Positions 13,058 to 25,849 of a stretch of 64,000 nt of DNA are shown here, one piece after another. This stretch comes from Octopus vulgaris (taxonomy: Eukaryota): contig OX597837.1 of assembly GCA_951406725.2 (NCBI GenBank), positions 4,154,001-4,218,000 on the forward strand. Reading direction: 5' to 3'. The number at the start of each line of letters is the position of its first letter. Within the stretch, counting starts at the first letter, position 1. The notes under the pieces were generated by a model. The model searched no databases. It was not told the DNA's origin and was given only the letters and a program-made list of their open reading frames with translations. Made by a program: the position numbers and the translations under genes.

Positions 13058-13206
13058 GACCACTGATGCGGTCACAGGAGTGTGATGAAAGAACTCTGGC
13101 CGAAATAAGATTAAGATTAATGTAAATAATACTGAATCAAAGTAACACCAAATATATAGTGCGTGTGTTTTTATTGGCTAAACTGGCAAAATGACCATTC
13201 CGAAAT

Positions 13207-13212
<6 letters not shown>
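13058..13212 (+). mobile_element. Short PLE-like element with variant hammerhead (family F2)
   Basis: CCA-CTGATGCG-GTCACA ggag TGTGAT-GAAA-GAAC-TC-TGG; same family at 28640-28900; ends in (TA)n. Confidence 0.6.
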
Positions 13213-13296
<84 letters not shown>

Positions 13297-13367
13297 ATAT
13301 ATATATATATATATGTATGCATATATATAATGATAATAATAATAATAATAATACTACATATATAATG

Positions 13368-13437
<70 letters not shown>

Positions 13438-13649
13438 TAATAATAGGGAATATAATTCCAAACTTACTGGAAAAAATTCAATTTAGCAATTCTAAATCAA
13501 ATTTCACAATATATGATATATGTATATAATTTAGAGAAAAACTTCTATTAAGCAATTGAATAGTGTAAGGCGTTATTCACATCATACAGAAACAATTGAA
13601 TATACTATAAAAAAAACATTATTCTAAAAATCAATAAAGTAGAGTGTGT

Positions 13650-13985
13650 GTATGTATTTATGTCTGTGCTTGTCCCCACTTCATCGGTTGATAACCGATG
13701 TTGGTGTGTTTATGTTCCTGTAACCTTAGCGTTTCGGCATAAGTGAACGATAGAATAAGTACTAGGCTTACAAAGTATTTGTGTCTGTGCTTGTCCCCAC
13801 TTCATCGGTTGATAACCGATGTTGGTGTGTTTATGTTCCTGTAACCTTAGCGTTTCGGCAAAAGCGAACGATAGAATATATACTAGGCTTACAAATTACA
13901 ACTCCTGTGTCGATTTCTTCGACTAAAACCCTTTAAGGCGGCGCTCCAGCATGACTCCAGTCATGTGACCGAAACGTGTAAAAGA
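13650..13985 (+). mobile_element. SINE family A 3' half with internal ~119-bp tandem duplication
   Basis: TGTCTGTGCTTGTCCCCACTTCATCGG...CTAGGCTTACAAA occurs twice (about 13660 and 13780). Confidence 0.8.
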
Positions 13986-14102
13986 ATATTCTATCGGTTT
14001 CACATTAGGGAAATATGTTCGTCGTAGGAACGAATCGGAAATGCATTGCAATCACATATTCACATTTTATATGAAACGAGGAAAACGACGAATATAATTT
14101 AC

Positions 14103-14286
14103 CTTTGTCACGAGATACATTGTATCTCTGTTGTTCGGAGAGGCGTTTTTTGTTCTGCAAACGTCGACTTCGACTCAGCTTTAATTCATAAACGATTACA
14201 ATTAATATCACAACTGCAGCTACTCCAAGGGAAATTCCGTTTGATGAGTTCAGTAAACATTTAAGCGAGTTGTAAATGAAAGACAT
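14103..14286 (-). CDS. Candidate first coding exon of a host gene encoding an N-terminal signal-anchor membrane protein
   Basis: AAAGAATG start context; MSFIYNSLKCLLNSSNGISLGVAAVVILIVIVYELKLSRSRRLQNKKRLSEQQR = hydrophobic helix followed by basic stretch; canonical donor AAG|GTAAAT at 14103/14102; non-repetitive sequence; no downstream exons identified. Confidence 0.4.
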
Positions 14287-14769
14287 TCTTTATAAAAAGC
14301 AGAACACCACACAAGTTCTTAGAAGACAAAAAAGCGCACTTGTGCTGTTATAAACAGCGAGAGAAGTACTACAACGGAATAACAAGCGTACTGTGGTCGA
14401 CAAAAAAATACAAAAATGTCAGTAGGTCAGATCTTGGTATCATGTATGATATATGTCAAGTATTCTCTCTCTCTCTCTCTCTCTCTCTCGCTCTCTTTCT
14501 CTCCTTCCATTGACGCCCCCATTCTTCTTTATTGCCGTGTATCACCCCCTCTGTATCCACCTCTCACCCTCCTTCCACTTCTCATCCTTATATCAAACTG
14601 TCTCTGTCTATCTCCGTAACTATCAAACATTAAGTACGTGCGTACCATACAAATAAGCATGTCTGCACGTCACCCAGCCGCCGCCTGTCCTATGTCTGTC
14701 TACTTATCTCAGTGTATATGTCTGTCTGTCAGTAAGTTTTTATGTGTATATAGTGTATATATATATATT

Positions 14770-15442
14770 ATATATAGAAAAATACAAACTGGGACAAGAA
14801 GGTAAAACATTTAGAAGACGATACAGAAAACACGGACGGGACATTCGAAGCCTTCAATCTTCAGTCAAGAACCGGATCATCCTAGCAATTTCGGCTGATT
14901 AATCTTGAGATCGCTCCGATCCGGCCAGCCCCAAGGAAAAACTAATCTACGAGCATTAGATTTCTTGGAAGAAGGATCGAATGTATACGAAACAGGGATA
15001 GAAGAACGGACGATACTACACGAATATAAAATACAAAAACAATAATGGTAAAAACAGGACAAAAACAGTGGGTCTCTTACGACTAATAAACAGTACAACA
15101 AGTTTAGCTGGCGTATTTTGGAAAAATGCCTTTATCGGCAGACGAAGACAACAGATGTTCTCACGGCAGTGGTCGGAGGCCAAAAGGCTGATTTTGACCA
15201 GCAGTCACGTGACAGAAGAAAGAGAAAAGAAAGGGGGCAAAGGAAACAAAGAGAGAGAGAGAAAGAGGGACGAAGGCAACAAAGGGGGGAGAAGAGAGAG
15301 AAAGAAGGAATTAAAGAGGGGAGAAGAAAGAGTGCGTGCCAAAGGGGGCTAGTGAGTGCAAGGTGAGAAAGACAGAGAATTGTGAGAGAGTGGGGGAAGA
15401 GTAGACCAAAGAATCAGAGGCAAGAAAAGAGAAAAGGAGGAG

Positions 15443-15504
<62 letters not shown>

Positions 15505-15812
15505 GGACAGATTAAAGTAGAGTGCAAAGTGTGAAAGGCAGAGAAATGTAGGAGAGAGAGACAGTGTGTAGAGTCGTACCAAATTTACAGGAATATGTAC
15601 TTACATAAGGCCAACGAGGGTACGGAATTCGCTATATATATTTTATATGTAGAAAAATACAAACTGGGACAAGAACGTAAAACATTTAGAAGATGATACA
15701 AAAAACACGGACGGGACATTCGAAGCCTTCAATCTTCAGTCAAGAACCGGATCATCCTAGCAATTTCGGCTGATTAATCTTGAGATCGCTCCGATCCGGC
15801 CAGCCCCAAGGT
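14770..15812 (-). mobile_element. Non-coding partial-tandem element (family F3), PLE pseudo-LTR-like
   Basis: 14776-14936 repeated at 15651-15811 (period 875 bp); second copy at 49040-49605; flanked by (TA)n; degenerate hammerhead-like GGCTG...CAGCC-GAAA-TTGC-TA on minus strand. Confidence 0.65.
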
Positions 15813-15837
15813 AAATGTATTTATGTATGTAATTATG

Positions 15838-15896
<59 letters not shown>

Positions 15897-15904
<8 letters not shown>

Positions 15905-15956
15905 GATGACGGTAAAGCTTATCTAAAGCAGAACCAGAAATCCTTGGATCTTGAAT
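15897..15956 (+). ncRNA. Type I hammerhead ribozyme motif (U3 variant)
   Basis: Stem I ATTCAA/TTGAAT, TTGATGA, stem II GGT/ACC, GAAA, stem III TCC tt GGA, TC; begins right after (TA)n. Confidence 0.7.
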
Positions 15957-16086
15957 TATTCAATAATTTTTGCTTCTATGTTTTGTCCCTCCGCTTTACC
16001 TCATGGTGCGATATGAACATTTAACGTGTTTTATAGTCAGAGTTTCGACTGCTATTTCGGCATGTTGGTGTCTTTTAGACACCCTC

Positions 16087-16124
<38 letters not shown>

Positions 16125-16393
16125 AACTAAGGTTAAAGAACAAACAAATGCAAGGTCATCCGCATAACATTTCATAATTCGAGCATTTAATCACAGAATA
16201 TACATTTAAACATCCCAACGCAAGATGGAACATAATCCATCTGTACAAGCAATAAGCATATAATAAGGTGCGAGAAAAAAGTTCATCACGGTTTAGAGTT
16301 AATACTTTAGAGATTCAGAAAAATACATTTTTTAAAAAAACATTACAACATCTAGAAAGTAAAAATAAATATAAAGTAATATATAAAATATAT

Positions 16394-16459
<66 letters not shown>

Positions 16460-16514
16460 AGGCATATAAAAAATATATAATATATATCATGTAAATAAAA
16501 TAAAAGTTCATCTC

Positions 16515-16918
16515 TTTACTCTTTTACTCTTTTACTTGTTTCAGTCATTTGATTGCGGCCATGCTGGAGCACCGCCTTTAGTCGAGCAACTCGACCCCGG
16601 GACTTATTCTTTTGTATGCCCAGTACTTATTCTATCGGTCTCTTTTGCCGAACCGCTAAGTAACGGGGACATAAACACACCAGCATCGGTTGTCAAGCAA
16701 TGCTAGGGGGACAAAAACACTCACACAAACACACACACATATATATACATATATACATATATACGACGGGCCTCTTTCAGTTTCCGTCTAGCAAATCCAT
16801 TCACAAGGCTTTGGTCGGCCTGAGGCTATAGTAGAAGACATTTGTCCAAGGTGCCACGCAGTGGGACTGAACCCGGAACCATGTGGCTGGTAAACAAGCT
16901 ACTTACCACACAGCCACT
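16515..16918 (-). mobile_element. SINE family A
   Basis: Near full match to family A including (AAGAGT)n-type tail. Confidence 0.9.
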
Positions 16919-17237
16919 AATCTTATAAAATTATTCAAGTAAGAGAAACCTTATAGTTAAAAAAGAGGAAACCATATTTACATAATCCCTATGGCCATTT
17001 CAGGGGTGTATTATTATGTTTAAAGCACTAGGGTGCATCAAGATAATACTTCCTTCGTCAGGGGAAAAAATACAGAAAGACAGACATCATCGCGTACCAG
17101 GCTAGCACAATGTTGTGTGCTTTCCTTTTGGGCTTATCCGAGCATGAATGCTTCAATATTTTTCTATTTCAATAGAGCACTTCTATAGCAGTCCTATTAA
17201 TCTTTTTGTTCCTGACAAGAAACAATCACTGTATTAT

Positions 17238-17278
<41 letters not shown>

Positions 17279-17281
<3 letters not shown>

Positions 17282-17479
17282 CGGAGATGTACTCGCATAG
17301 CAAGTAATTTGATCTGAGATCGTGTGCTGGAACGAAAACAATTGCAGCGTGGAAGGTGTTTATAAGCCATTTAAGAGACACACAAAAACCGTTCGATTCA
17401 CTTCAACATTTAAGTTTAATTTGTCAAAATATTAAGACCGCTTTAAGACCGCGACCTGTTCACTGACAAAAATCCGTGC
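17279..17479 (-). mobile_element. Family F1 PLE-like element, non-inverted copy
   Basis: Near-identical to 961-1142; adjacent to (TA)n. Confidence 0.75.
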
Positions 17480-17488
17480 TGCATCTGT

Positions 17489-17546
<58 letters not shown>

Positions 17547-18006
17547 GGAATCGGCGGCTTATATTTATTTGCTGCCGATAAATTTGGCGCGAGTGCGACG
17601 ATTTGAAAATTTTAGGTCAGATATTGACGAGGTAGCAATGAGAATGCCTCGTGAAAAATATCTGTTCCGGTTTGGCTATTTCTTACTGATGAATCTAAGG
17701 GCCTATGGTAGATTGGCTTGATTTAATTTAATCAGGTTAGTTTTCCATTAAACAGAAGATGAAACGGTGCATCGTCTAAGAAATTACAGGGTAAATGTTT
17801 TTCAATTTTCTCCTGGTTTACGGAATTGACGTTATTTTGCGGTTAAAGCTTTTGGCTGTTATTTCTAGTGGGTGAATGGCCTATTATGGCCGTTCCTTGA
17901 TTGTTGATGTTGAACTTAAAAATGGTTTATGACTATTTAATTTTTTTCCCACTAGGCCGCTGGTGGCAAAAGAATTCTACAAAATTTTTTTTGCCACCCT
18001 ATATTG

Positions 18007-18075
<69 letters not shown>

Positions 18076-18410
18076 ATGTATATGTGCATATACATGCGTG
18101 TGCATTCTCTCTCTCTCTAACACACACAAACACACATGCAGCGATATGAGCATAAAGCCGTGTTTAGATCGGAGCAGTCATTAGATTAGTTAAAATACGT
18201 TGTTTTAAATGATGCTGAATGTGCTGAGCGCCCCTTTCTTTCATTTTCCCGCTCACTCATATACATGTTTCATTGTTCAATGCCACTGTGTGGCACCTTG
18301 GACAGGTGTCCCCTACTATAGTCTCGGCCCGACCAACACCTCGTATCAGCTGGGAGCCTCGTCGACGTAACCGACGGATTGCTCCTTCACATATATTACT
18401 TATATTATTA

Positions 18411-18455
<45 letters not shown>

Positions 18456-19389
18456 GATATAAGCATGTATATACATATGTATGTATACATCTATGTGTGT
18501 ATATATCTATCTGTGTTTTCCCCCATCACCACCTGACAGCCGGTATTGGTCTGCGTAACAGACCGATAGAATAAGTACTAAGCTTTAAAAAATATAAGTC
18601 TTGGTGTCGATTTGTTCGAGTGAAACCATTCAGTGCTGTACTCCAGCATGGCCGCTGTCAAATGACTGAAACAAGTAAAAGAATATAACATTTATCTTTT
18701 ATCTGTTTCAACCATGCTGAATATATTGAAATGCACACTGGCTTTATCCACGATGTTCCATACTGGAAAACATTCGAATCCTTGTTCCTTGCATTCTGTA
18801 CGAATTGAAACGTGGAACTCAATGTTTTCTTGTTTGTTGGCCAGAATAGTAATGGATTTTGCTTTTGAATGTGTCCGTAATGCGTCCCAAAAGATCGCTT
18901 GTAATGCCATCAAAATGTTTTATACGTAATACATCATTGTAATGGAGTCTGTCCAAACACTGGTTCGTAAAGAAAATAACACCGCTTGTCAAGCGGTAGC
19001 GATTTGGGAGGATACATACAATGCACGCGCGCACACAGACACACACAAACAGGTACTCACACACACACATAAAATTTTCACTGCTATTCAAATAATTTGG
19101 ACCAGAACTAGGGATTTTTTTGATTTACAGCATCTGTAAATGGCATCCATTTATTACCACCATGTCAAGTTTTTAAGGTACTACATCCAAAGAATTTTAT
19201 TGTTTTTTCTTTCCAATAAAACAGCTTGTCAGGAACAAGGCGTAACATAAAAACTGTGTTTTTTTTCTTCAAAACCAGAATGCTTTCTTTAAATTCTACT
19301 GAAAAACTAGTAAAATGTCTTAAAATTTCCTCAGTCAAATGAAATTATTCTTAATGCCTAATTTCCCATGAATTTGCGTTTGGATGATT

Positions 19390-19660
19390 TTCTTGAATAC
19401 TGAACACGGGTCAGGTTCCAGCAATAATCCGACATCATATACAAGTCTCACCTGCCTTGATACTCTTGACCAATTGATTTTGTGTCCTGAGAGAAACATT
19501 GTCCCCTGCTTGTCACTTGTGCCATCGAAATTTTCAGAGAATTTATCAAGGTGACTTTGGAAATAGTGCAGCCTTACGCGCATATTTTCTCCCAAGATTT
19601 GAAAGTTCTCCAGCATGTTGTTAACTATTTCGCAATAGTTGGCCGCTTTCCTTTTGCCCA
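19390..19660 (-). pseudogene. DNA-transposon transposase C-terminal remnant
   Basis: GKRKAANYCEIVNNMLENFQILGENMRVRLHYFQSHLDKFSENFDGTSDKQG resembles the widespread LG.NMS.K.HFLHSHLDFFP.N.G.VSDEQGERFHQD motif. Confidence 0.7.
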
Positions 19661-20359
19661 TAAAGTATAGCATAATTCCATTTCGTATGCTCCACCTTAT
19701 CCCTTCTTATATTTAAATTTGAAATTTGCCTTGATTTTTATTTATATTTTGGGTAATATATTGTCGTACAATAACAAACGTTGCCCCTACAATGTTATTC
19801 ATTCAAAAATCTTGTATTTTCAGTTCAATTCATTTAAATATATGTTCTAGGAACCATTCTTCCTTATGATCTGAAAACCGGTATCCAGAAAGTTGTAAAG
19901 CAATTTCTGAGAATACAGAAATGCGTATGTGTTGTATAAGTCTATACATGTGTGTGCATTACATGTGAATATGGAGGGTGGGGTGACACATCCCAGCCGA
20001 GCTGCAGCAATTTTTGTTTGGTTCCCAAAGATCCAAGTGCCGAAAATGAACTTTCTTATCTTCCATTTTAAAGGATTACACAATTAACACAGATTATAGG
20101 AACATAAATCTTCTTCCACGAAAAGATAGCTTAATCTGTGATCTAAATGGAGGTGTAGTCAAATCCTATTTTATGGACACAACCATGTTCTAAAATAAGT
20201 CGAAATGTAAGCTACTATAAATCGGCACGAATTTTCCGGATAACCCAATATTATATATTCTAATATACCCTTACATATCTCTGTATATTTCTACTAAGTA
20301 GAAGTGTCATTGTGATAACGATATACTTCAATGAATTACCTGAGACACTTTATCTTCTA

Positions 20360-20428
<69 letters not shown>

Positions 20429-20460
20429 CATCATTATTATTACTATTATCATTATTATTA

Positions 20461-20500
<40 letters not shown>

Positions 20501-20692
20501 TTTTATTATTCATTATTATTATTATTATCATTATTATTATTATTATTATTATTACTTTTATTATTATTATTATTATTACTTTTATTATTATTATTATTAC
20601 TATTATTATCATTCTTCTTCGTATTGTTGTTGTTATTATTATTATTATTATTATTAATATTATTATTATTATCATTCTTCTTATTGTTATTA

Positions 20693-20782
<90 letters not shown>

Positions 20783-20800
20783 CATTATTATCATTATTGC
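20360..20800. repeat. (ATT)n microsatellite
   Basis: Directly visible. Confidence 0.95.
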
Positions 20801-21009
20801 TATTTCAAGTATTGAAGTGAAAAGCATATTCTACCACGTTTTATATCCATGTCTTGCAATTTCTTTGATTTGGTTCGGCACCATAGTGTGATATGTTTCA
20901 TGCCGTTAACTTTTGGCATATGTAGTTATAATCTATACCTATGCGCATGTGCATGTGTGTAAGACTTTGGATATCAATGCGTGTGTGTGTGTGTGTAAAT
21001 ATATACATG

Positions 21010-21064
<55 letters not shown>

Positions 21065-21189
21065 GTATGTATGTATGTATGTAAGTAAGTATGTACGTGA
21101 GATGTGTGTGCATATGTGTGTATACATATATATATATATATATCATTAGAAATAAGTAATATATACATACCTTAGCTATATACATATAT

Positions 21190-21250
<61 letters not shown>

Positions 21251-21285
21251 GTCATATATTTGTTTATATATATATATATATATAT

Positions 21286-21350
<65 letters not shown>

Positions 21351-22199
21351 CATTTTCATACATACATACCTACATAATTATAAGTACAGGAAGCACGTAT
21401 ATTACTTCAAATATTCAACTTTACAGAAGTGATTGTTTCCTTTCTTACTTCAATCTCTTTTATTTAACCTATCTCATATTAGCTCCAGGTATTCGGACTA
21501 TTATGGAAGATGATAAATAACTTTTAGTTAATTATTTACTACGGATTGCAAATGCGTAAGATTCCCTGCGCTTGTGTATAAAGATTATTTTTACAGCGCT
21601 ATAGGTCGTAATATGTATAGGAAGTCTTGTTAAGCTCAGCTTTGTGTTCCAAGTTGATCGTTATCTAGGCAGCTGTATTAAATTTTATGATGTATCGTTA
21701 TTTCCCGTAAATACACGTTTGACATTGATTCTCATTGTAACCCTGGACTTTATTTGAGATTTTTATCTCGCATTTACTGAGGTCTTCAATCTTACGAGTG
21801 TGATAATAAAATAGAAACCTTGTGTGCTGTCAATTCATCCAATTAGGAATATCTGCAGAAAATCATTTTGGTTGGTACATAATTGGAAGGGGAAAGAAAC
21901 AGGATGTATACAGCAAAGAAGGAATGCGGCATGGGAATTATATATATATATATAAAATATTCCATGGCGCGTATTCTTTTTTTACATAAGTTATATTTCT
22001 ATGGTAACGTAATTTTGGTTTGATTTTATTAACGGCTAAGAATTTAATTTCACTTCATAATTTGAAACTGATATGTAAGTATGTATTTTATTTCTCCTTA
22101 TGTCATATTGTTATTTTTGATATTCTGGTTAATTACGATGTATTTAATGTTGTTTTTTATTGGAGTGTTTATGTATATGAGATTGTGTGTGAGTTTTTA

Positions 22200-23520
22200 G
22201 TTGTATAATTTATTTATCTGTATGAGTGTGGGTGTGTAAATATTGTTGTATATATCGAGTTTAGTGAGTATGTATATGCGTATATTGAGGGAGTATATGT
22301 ATCTGTTGTGTGTGTGTGTTTTGCGTGTGTGTGTGCTTGTGTGTGAATGTGTATATGGGTTTGTTATTTAGGTTTTGGGATGTATGTGTTAATTTGTCTG
22401 TGTGGGGAGGGAGTGGGTTTTTGGTGTATATTGAGGTTTATAAGTTAGTATAGGTATGTGTATAAGTTGTGGGTCTGTGGTTTACGTGTGTGTTTTTTTG
22501 TGTGTGAATGTTTAGGTTAGGGGAATTGCTATATAGGTTTGTTATAGAGTTTAGCAAAGGGAGATTTTATCGTTATATGTTTTTAAGAGTTTTGGTTTAT
22601 CATGGTTTTTTTAGGGAATTCGTGGTAATTTGTCTATTTTCGATGTTGGTTGTTTTATTACATTGTTTCATTCATAATTTTTGAGTGGTGTTCGTTTTGC
22701 CACGTGAATATTATTTTTAATTCCATTTATTCCATTTCTCCATTCATTATTTTAAAGATGTTCGTTTCCAGAGCGGTTATATATTTTTTATACATATGTT
22801 AAGTTCCTTGGTAAAGTAATTTTGTTTGGTGTATATGTTGAGGCTTATATGTACTTGTGGGTGTGTGTGAGTGGGGTGGGTGTTTGTATTTGTTATGGGT
22901 GTGTGGTTTACGTGTGTGTATTTGTGTGTGAATGTATAGGTTAAAGGGATTGCTATATAAGTATGTTATAGTGTTTAGTAAAGGGAGGTTTTATCATTTA
23001 TGTTTTGTGAGTTTTAGCTTATCATGGTAGTTTTATAAAAGAATCCATTCATAATTTTTGTGTTTATTTGTCTGTGTGGGGTTGAGTGGGTTTTTGGAGT
23101 ATATGTTGAGGTTTATATGTATGTATAGGTATGTGTAAGTGGTGTGGGTATTTGTATATGTCGTGGGTGTGTGGTTTATGTGTGTGTATTTGTGTGTGAA
23201 TGTTTAGGTTAGGGGGATTGCTATATAGGTATGTTATAGAGTTTAGTAAAGGGACATTTTATCATTATATGTTTTTATGAGTTTTGGTTTATCATGGTAG
23301 GTTTGTTGAGGAATTCGTAGTAATTTGTGTCTATTTGCGATGTCTGTTGTTTTATTGCATTGTTTCATTCATAATTTTTAAGTAGTGTTCGTTTTACCAA
23401 GTGAATATAATTTTTAATTCCATTTATTCCATTTCTCCGTTCATAATTTTAAGTGATGTCCGTTTTCTAGAGCGTGAATGTGGGTTGTATGTGTGTGTGT
23501 GTGGGAGTATGAATTAGTAT
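22200..23520. repeat. G+T-rich imperfect tandem blocks upstream of a hammerhead
   Basis: 22370-22770 recurs at about 23065-23470; a sub-block recurs at 22830-23030; strong C depletion on + strand. Confidence 0.7.
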
Positions 23521-23911
23521 TGTGTTGAAGTATTTAGCTATTTTATTTATTTATAGTTGCCTAGACGTTTTTATGTGTATGTATAGGGATATATTTATAG
23601 GTGTGTGATTTAGTGTATGTAGTTAGATATGGTTATATATAATTAGGTATATGTGTATGGGTGTATATATAGTTTATTATTATATTATTATTATTTTTTT
23701 GTTTTGTTTTATATTTTATATTTTATATTTTATATTTTATATTTAATTGTTGATAGGTTTATTTTAGTTTATATATTGTTTATATATTGATTATATATGG
23801 ATTATATATAGGTTATATATGGATTATATATTTATATTTTTTCATTCATACTTTAACTATTTTAAAATTATTATTTTATATTTTAAAATATTGATATTTT
23901 AGATTGGAAGT

Positions 23912-23954
23912 CCACCTGAAGATTGTCGATCAAGACAAGAAACAATTGTAGTGG
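23912..23954 (+). ncRNA. Minimal type I hammerhead ribozyme
   Basis: CCAC-CTGAAGA-TTGTC gatcaa GACAA-GAAA-CAATTG-TA-GTGG; palindromic stem III. Confidence 0.85.
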
Positions 23955-24371
23955 CGGTTTTTTTGACTATTTATTAAAATTTTATGTATTGATTAAGTCT
24001 TTCCTTGTTTGTTTTGCAAAATAGTAGTTTTGTCTCTAATAATATTTTATAATATTTTACTATAAAATTGGATTTAATCCTAAATCTGATTTTTTCCCTG
24101 TAAATTTGGATTTATTCCCTAATATTTATTATATATATATATATATATATATATGATATAAATAATATATAAATATATGCATATATACATACATATATGT
24201 ACATACCTACATATATATGTATATATACATGCATATATGGGTACAGGACATAAAGAAACGTGGAACAAAATGAGAAGCGAAAACATAAAAACAAAAACAT
24301 AGAAACGAACTTTTTTCGATCGAACGCCACGCATCTTTTTCCAAGTAAGTTATATACATATATATATATAC

Positions 24372-24419
<48 letters not shown>

Positions 24420-24619
24420 AATCAACTAATAAGGGGGAGAAAATTGGATACTAATTTAATAGTACATCCATTTAACACCAAGTGGCTTAGTGCATAAAAA
24501 ACCCGGATAACGATAAATTTTATATGTATTTATATATATATCTATACAATAATATGTTACATTACTCGATAGTCAAGATAGTGGTTTTAGCGAAAAAATA
24601 AAATATACACCCATTACTA

Positions 24620-25320
24620 GCCCAACAGTAAGGAAAAGGAATAATAGAAATAGGAAGGTCATCTGGTTTACGCCCCCTTACTCACCCGAGGTGGCCTTCA
24701 ATATAGGTAAATATTTCCTAGCACTGATAGATGGACATTTTCCAGTTAACCATACTTATAGGAAACACTTCAATAGACACAATTTAAAAATTAGTTTTAG
24801 TTCCACTACCAATTTTAAAAACATAATCAAACATAACATACAAAAAACACAACAAGAAAACAGCTGTTCATGCAGGAATAAAGAATTGTGCCCGCTAAAT
24901 GGAGCTTGCATGTCCAAGACCATCATGTATGAAGCTACCGTAGACTCTATAACCACTAAAGACACCGTTTCGACGAAGAAATACGTGGGCCTTACAGAGG
25001 GTAACTTCAAGGACAGGTTCAATAACCACACTTTGAGCTTTAGGCACTGGAACAAAAGAAAAGCGACACAATTATCTAATCATTTTTGGTCTTTAAGAGA
25101 TAAAGGTGTCGATTATAACATACATTGGAAGATTTTGGCCAGATGTAAGACCTATACCAACGGCAGCGGAAGGTGCGGTCTATGCGACATGGAGAGATGC
25201 TTATCTGGAAAAGCAGCTTAGACCCTACTACATGTCTAAACACAAGGACAGAACTTTTCGGATGATGCCCACATGTGACTAAATTTCTGTTACGTTTTTG
25301 GTCCCCCAAAGAAAACAGAT
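24620..25320 (+). pseudogene. PLE C-terminal linker + GIY-YIG endonuclease (Naiad-type), frameshifted near the end
   Basis: RKVIWFTPPYS, FNRHNLKISFS, CSCRNKELCPLNGAC, IMYEATV...KYVGLTEGNFKDRFNNH, RCGLCDME, then CLNTRTELFG*CPH in another frame. Confidence 0.88.
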
Positions 25321-25547
25321 AGAACATGCTTTCTATGTTATGTCCCAAGAAGGTTTTTTTACCTCATCACACCTTCTATCATACATTTTATATATTTTTA
25401 TATATTTTTTATATATTTTTTATGTATTTTTATATAATTTTTATGGCGAAAAATGCGAGCGATGTATAAGTACGCAGGCAAGCAGAGTTTTAACACAGTA
25501 ATTTCCCTTTGAATAACGGTATTTTTTCATAGCGTTTTGAAATAGCC

Positions 25548-25607
25548 AGATAACCGAAGAGATTTCGTGGATTCCCACTTCGGTATCTGAAACTCAGAGT
25601 TTTATCT
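25548..25607 (+). ncRNA. Type I hammerhead motif in PLE 3' pseudo-LTR (C4 variant)
   Basis: Stem I AGATAA/TTATCT, CCGAAGA, hairpin stem II, GAAAC-TCAGA-GTT with near-palindromic stem III. Confidence 0.7.
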
Positions 25608-25849
25608 TGACTATCGAGTAATGTAACATATTATTGTATAGATAAATTTCCTCTATTTACATAATATTGAGATCTCTTTCTTTCTTTTGTTATCTTACCG
25701 TTTTACCAATATATATATATATATATATATGTCAAATGTGAGGATAAAATTCTCTTCCAAAACAAAAATATTTTCTCGAAAAAAAATTTTATCAATGGCC
25801 AGCATATTAAAAAATACCTTTAACGGTTAAATTTATAAACAATTCATAA

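Larger units (their letters stand above)
24539..25710 (+). mobile_element. 5'-truncated Naiad-type Penelope-like element with 3' pseudo-LTR and inverted 5' piece
   Basis: GIY-YIG ORF fragment, hammerhead at 25548-25607, 24539-24580 is the reverse complement of 25603-25644; (TA)n on both sides. Confidence 0.85.

Noticed and set aside
20010-20210. Possible Helitron helicase C-terminal remnant (ILFYGHNHV)
   Set aside because: Similarity too weak and interrupted to support without a profile search
25263-25265. In-frame TGA next to Cys in the Naiad C-terminus, as a possible selenocysteine codon (reported for some Naiads)
   Set aside because: It precedes the conserved Cys (ELFG*CPH vs ELISKCRH) rather than replacing it; more simply a nonsense mutation in an already frameshifted copy; no SECIS identified
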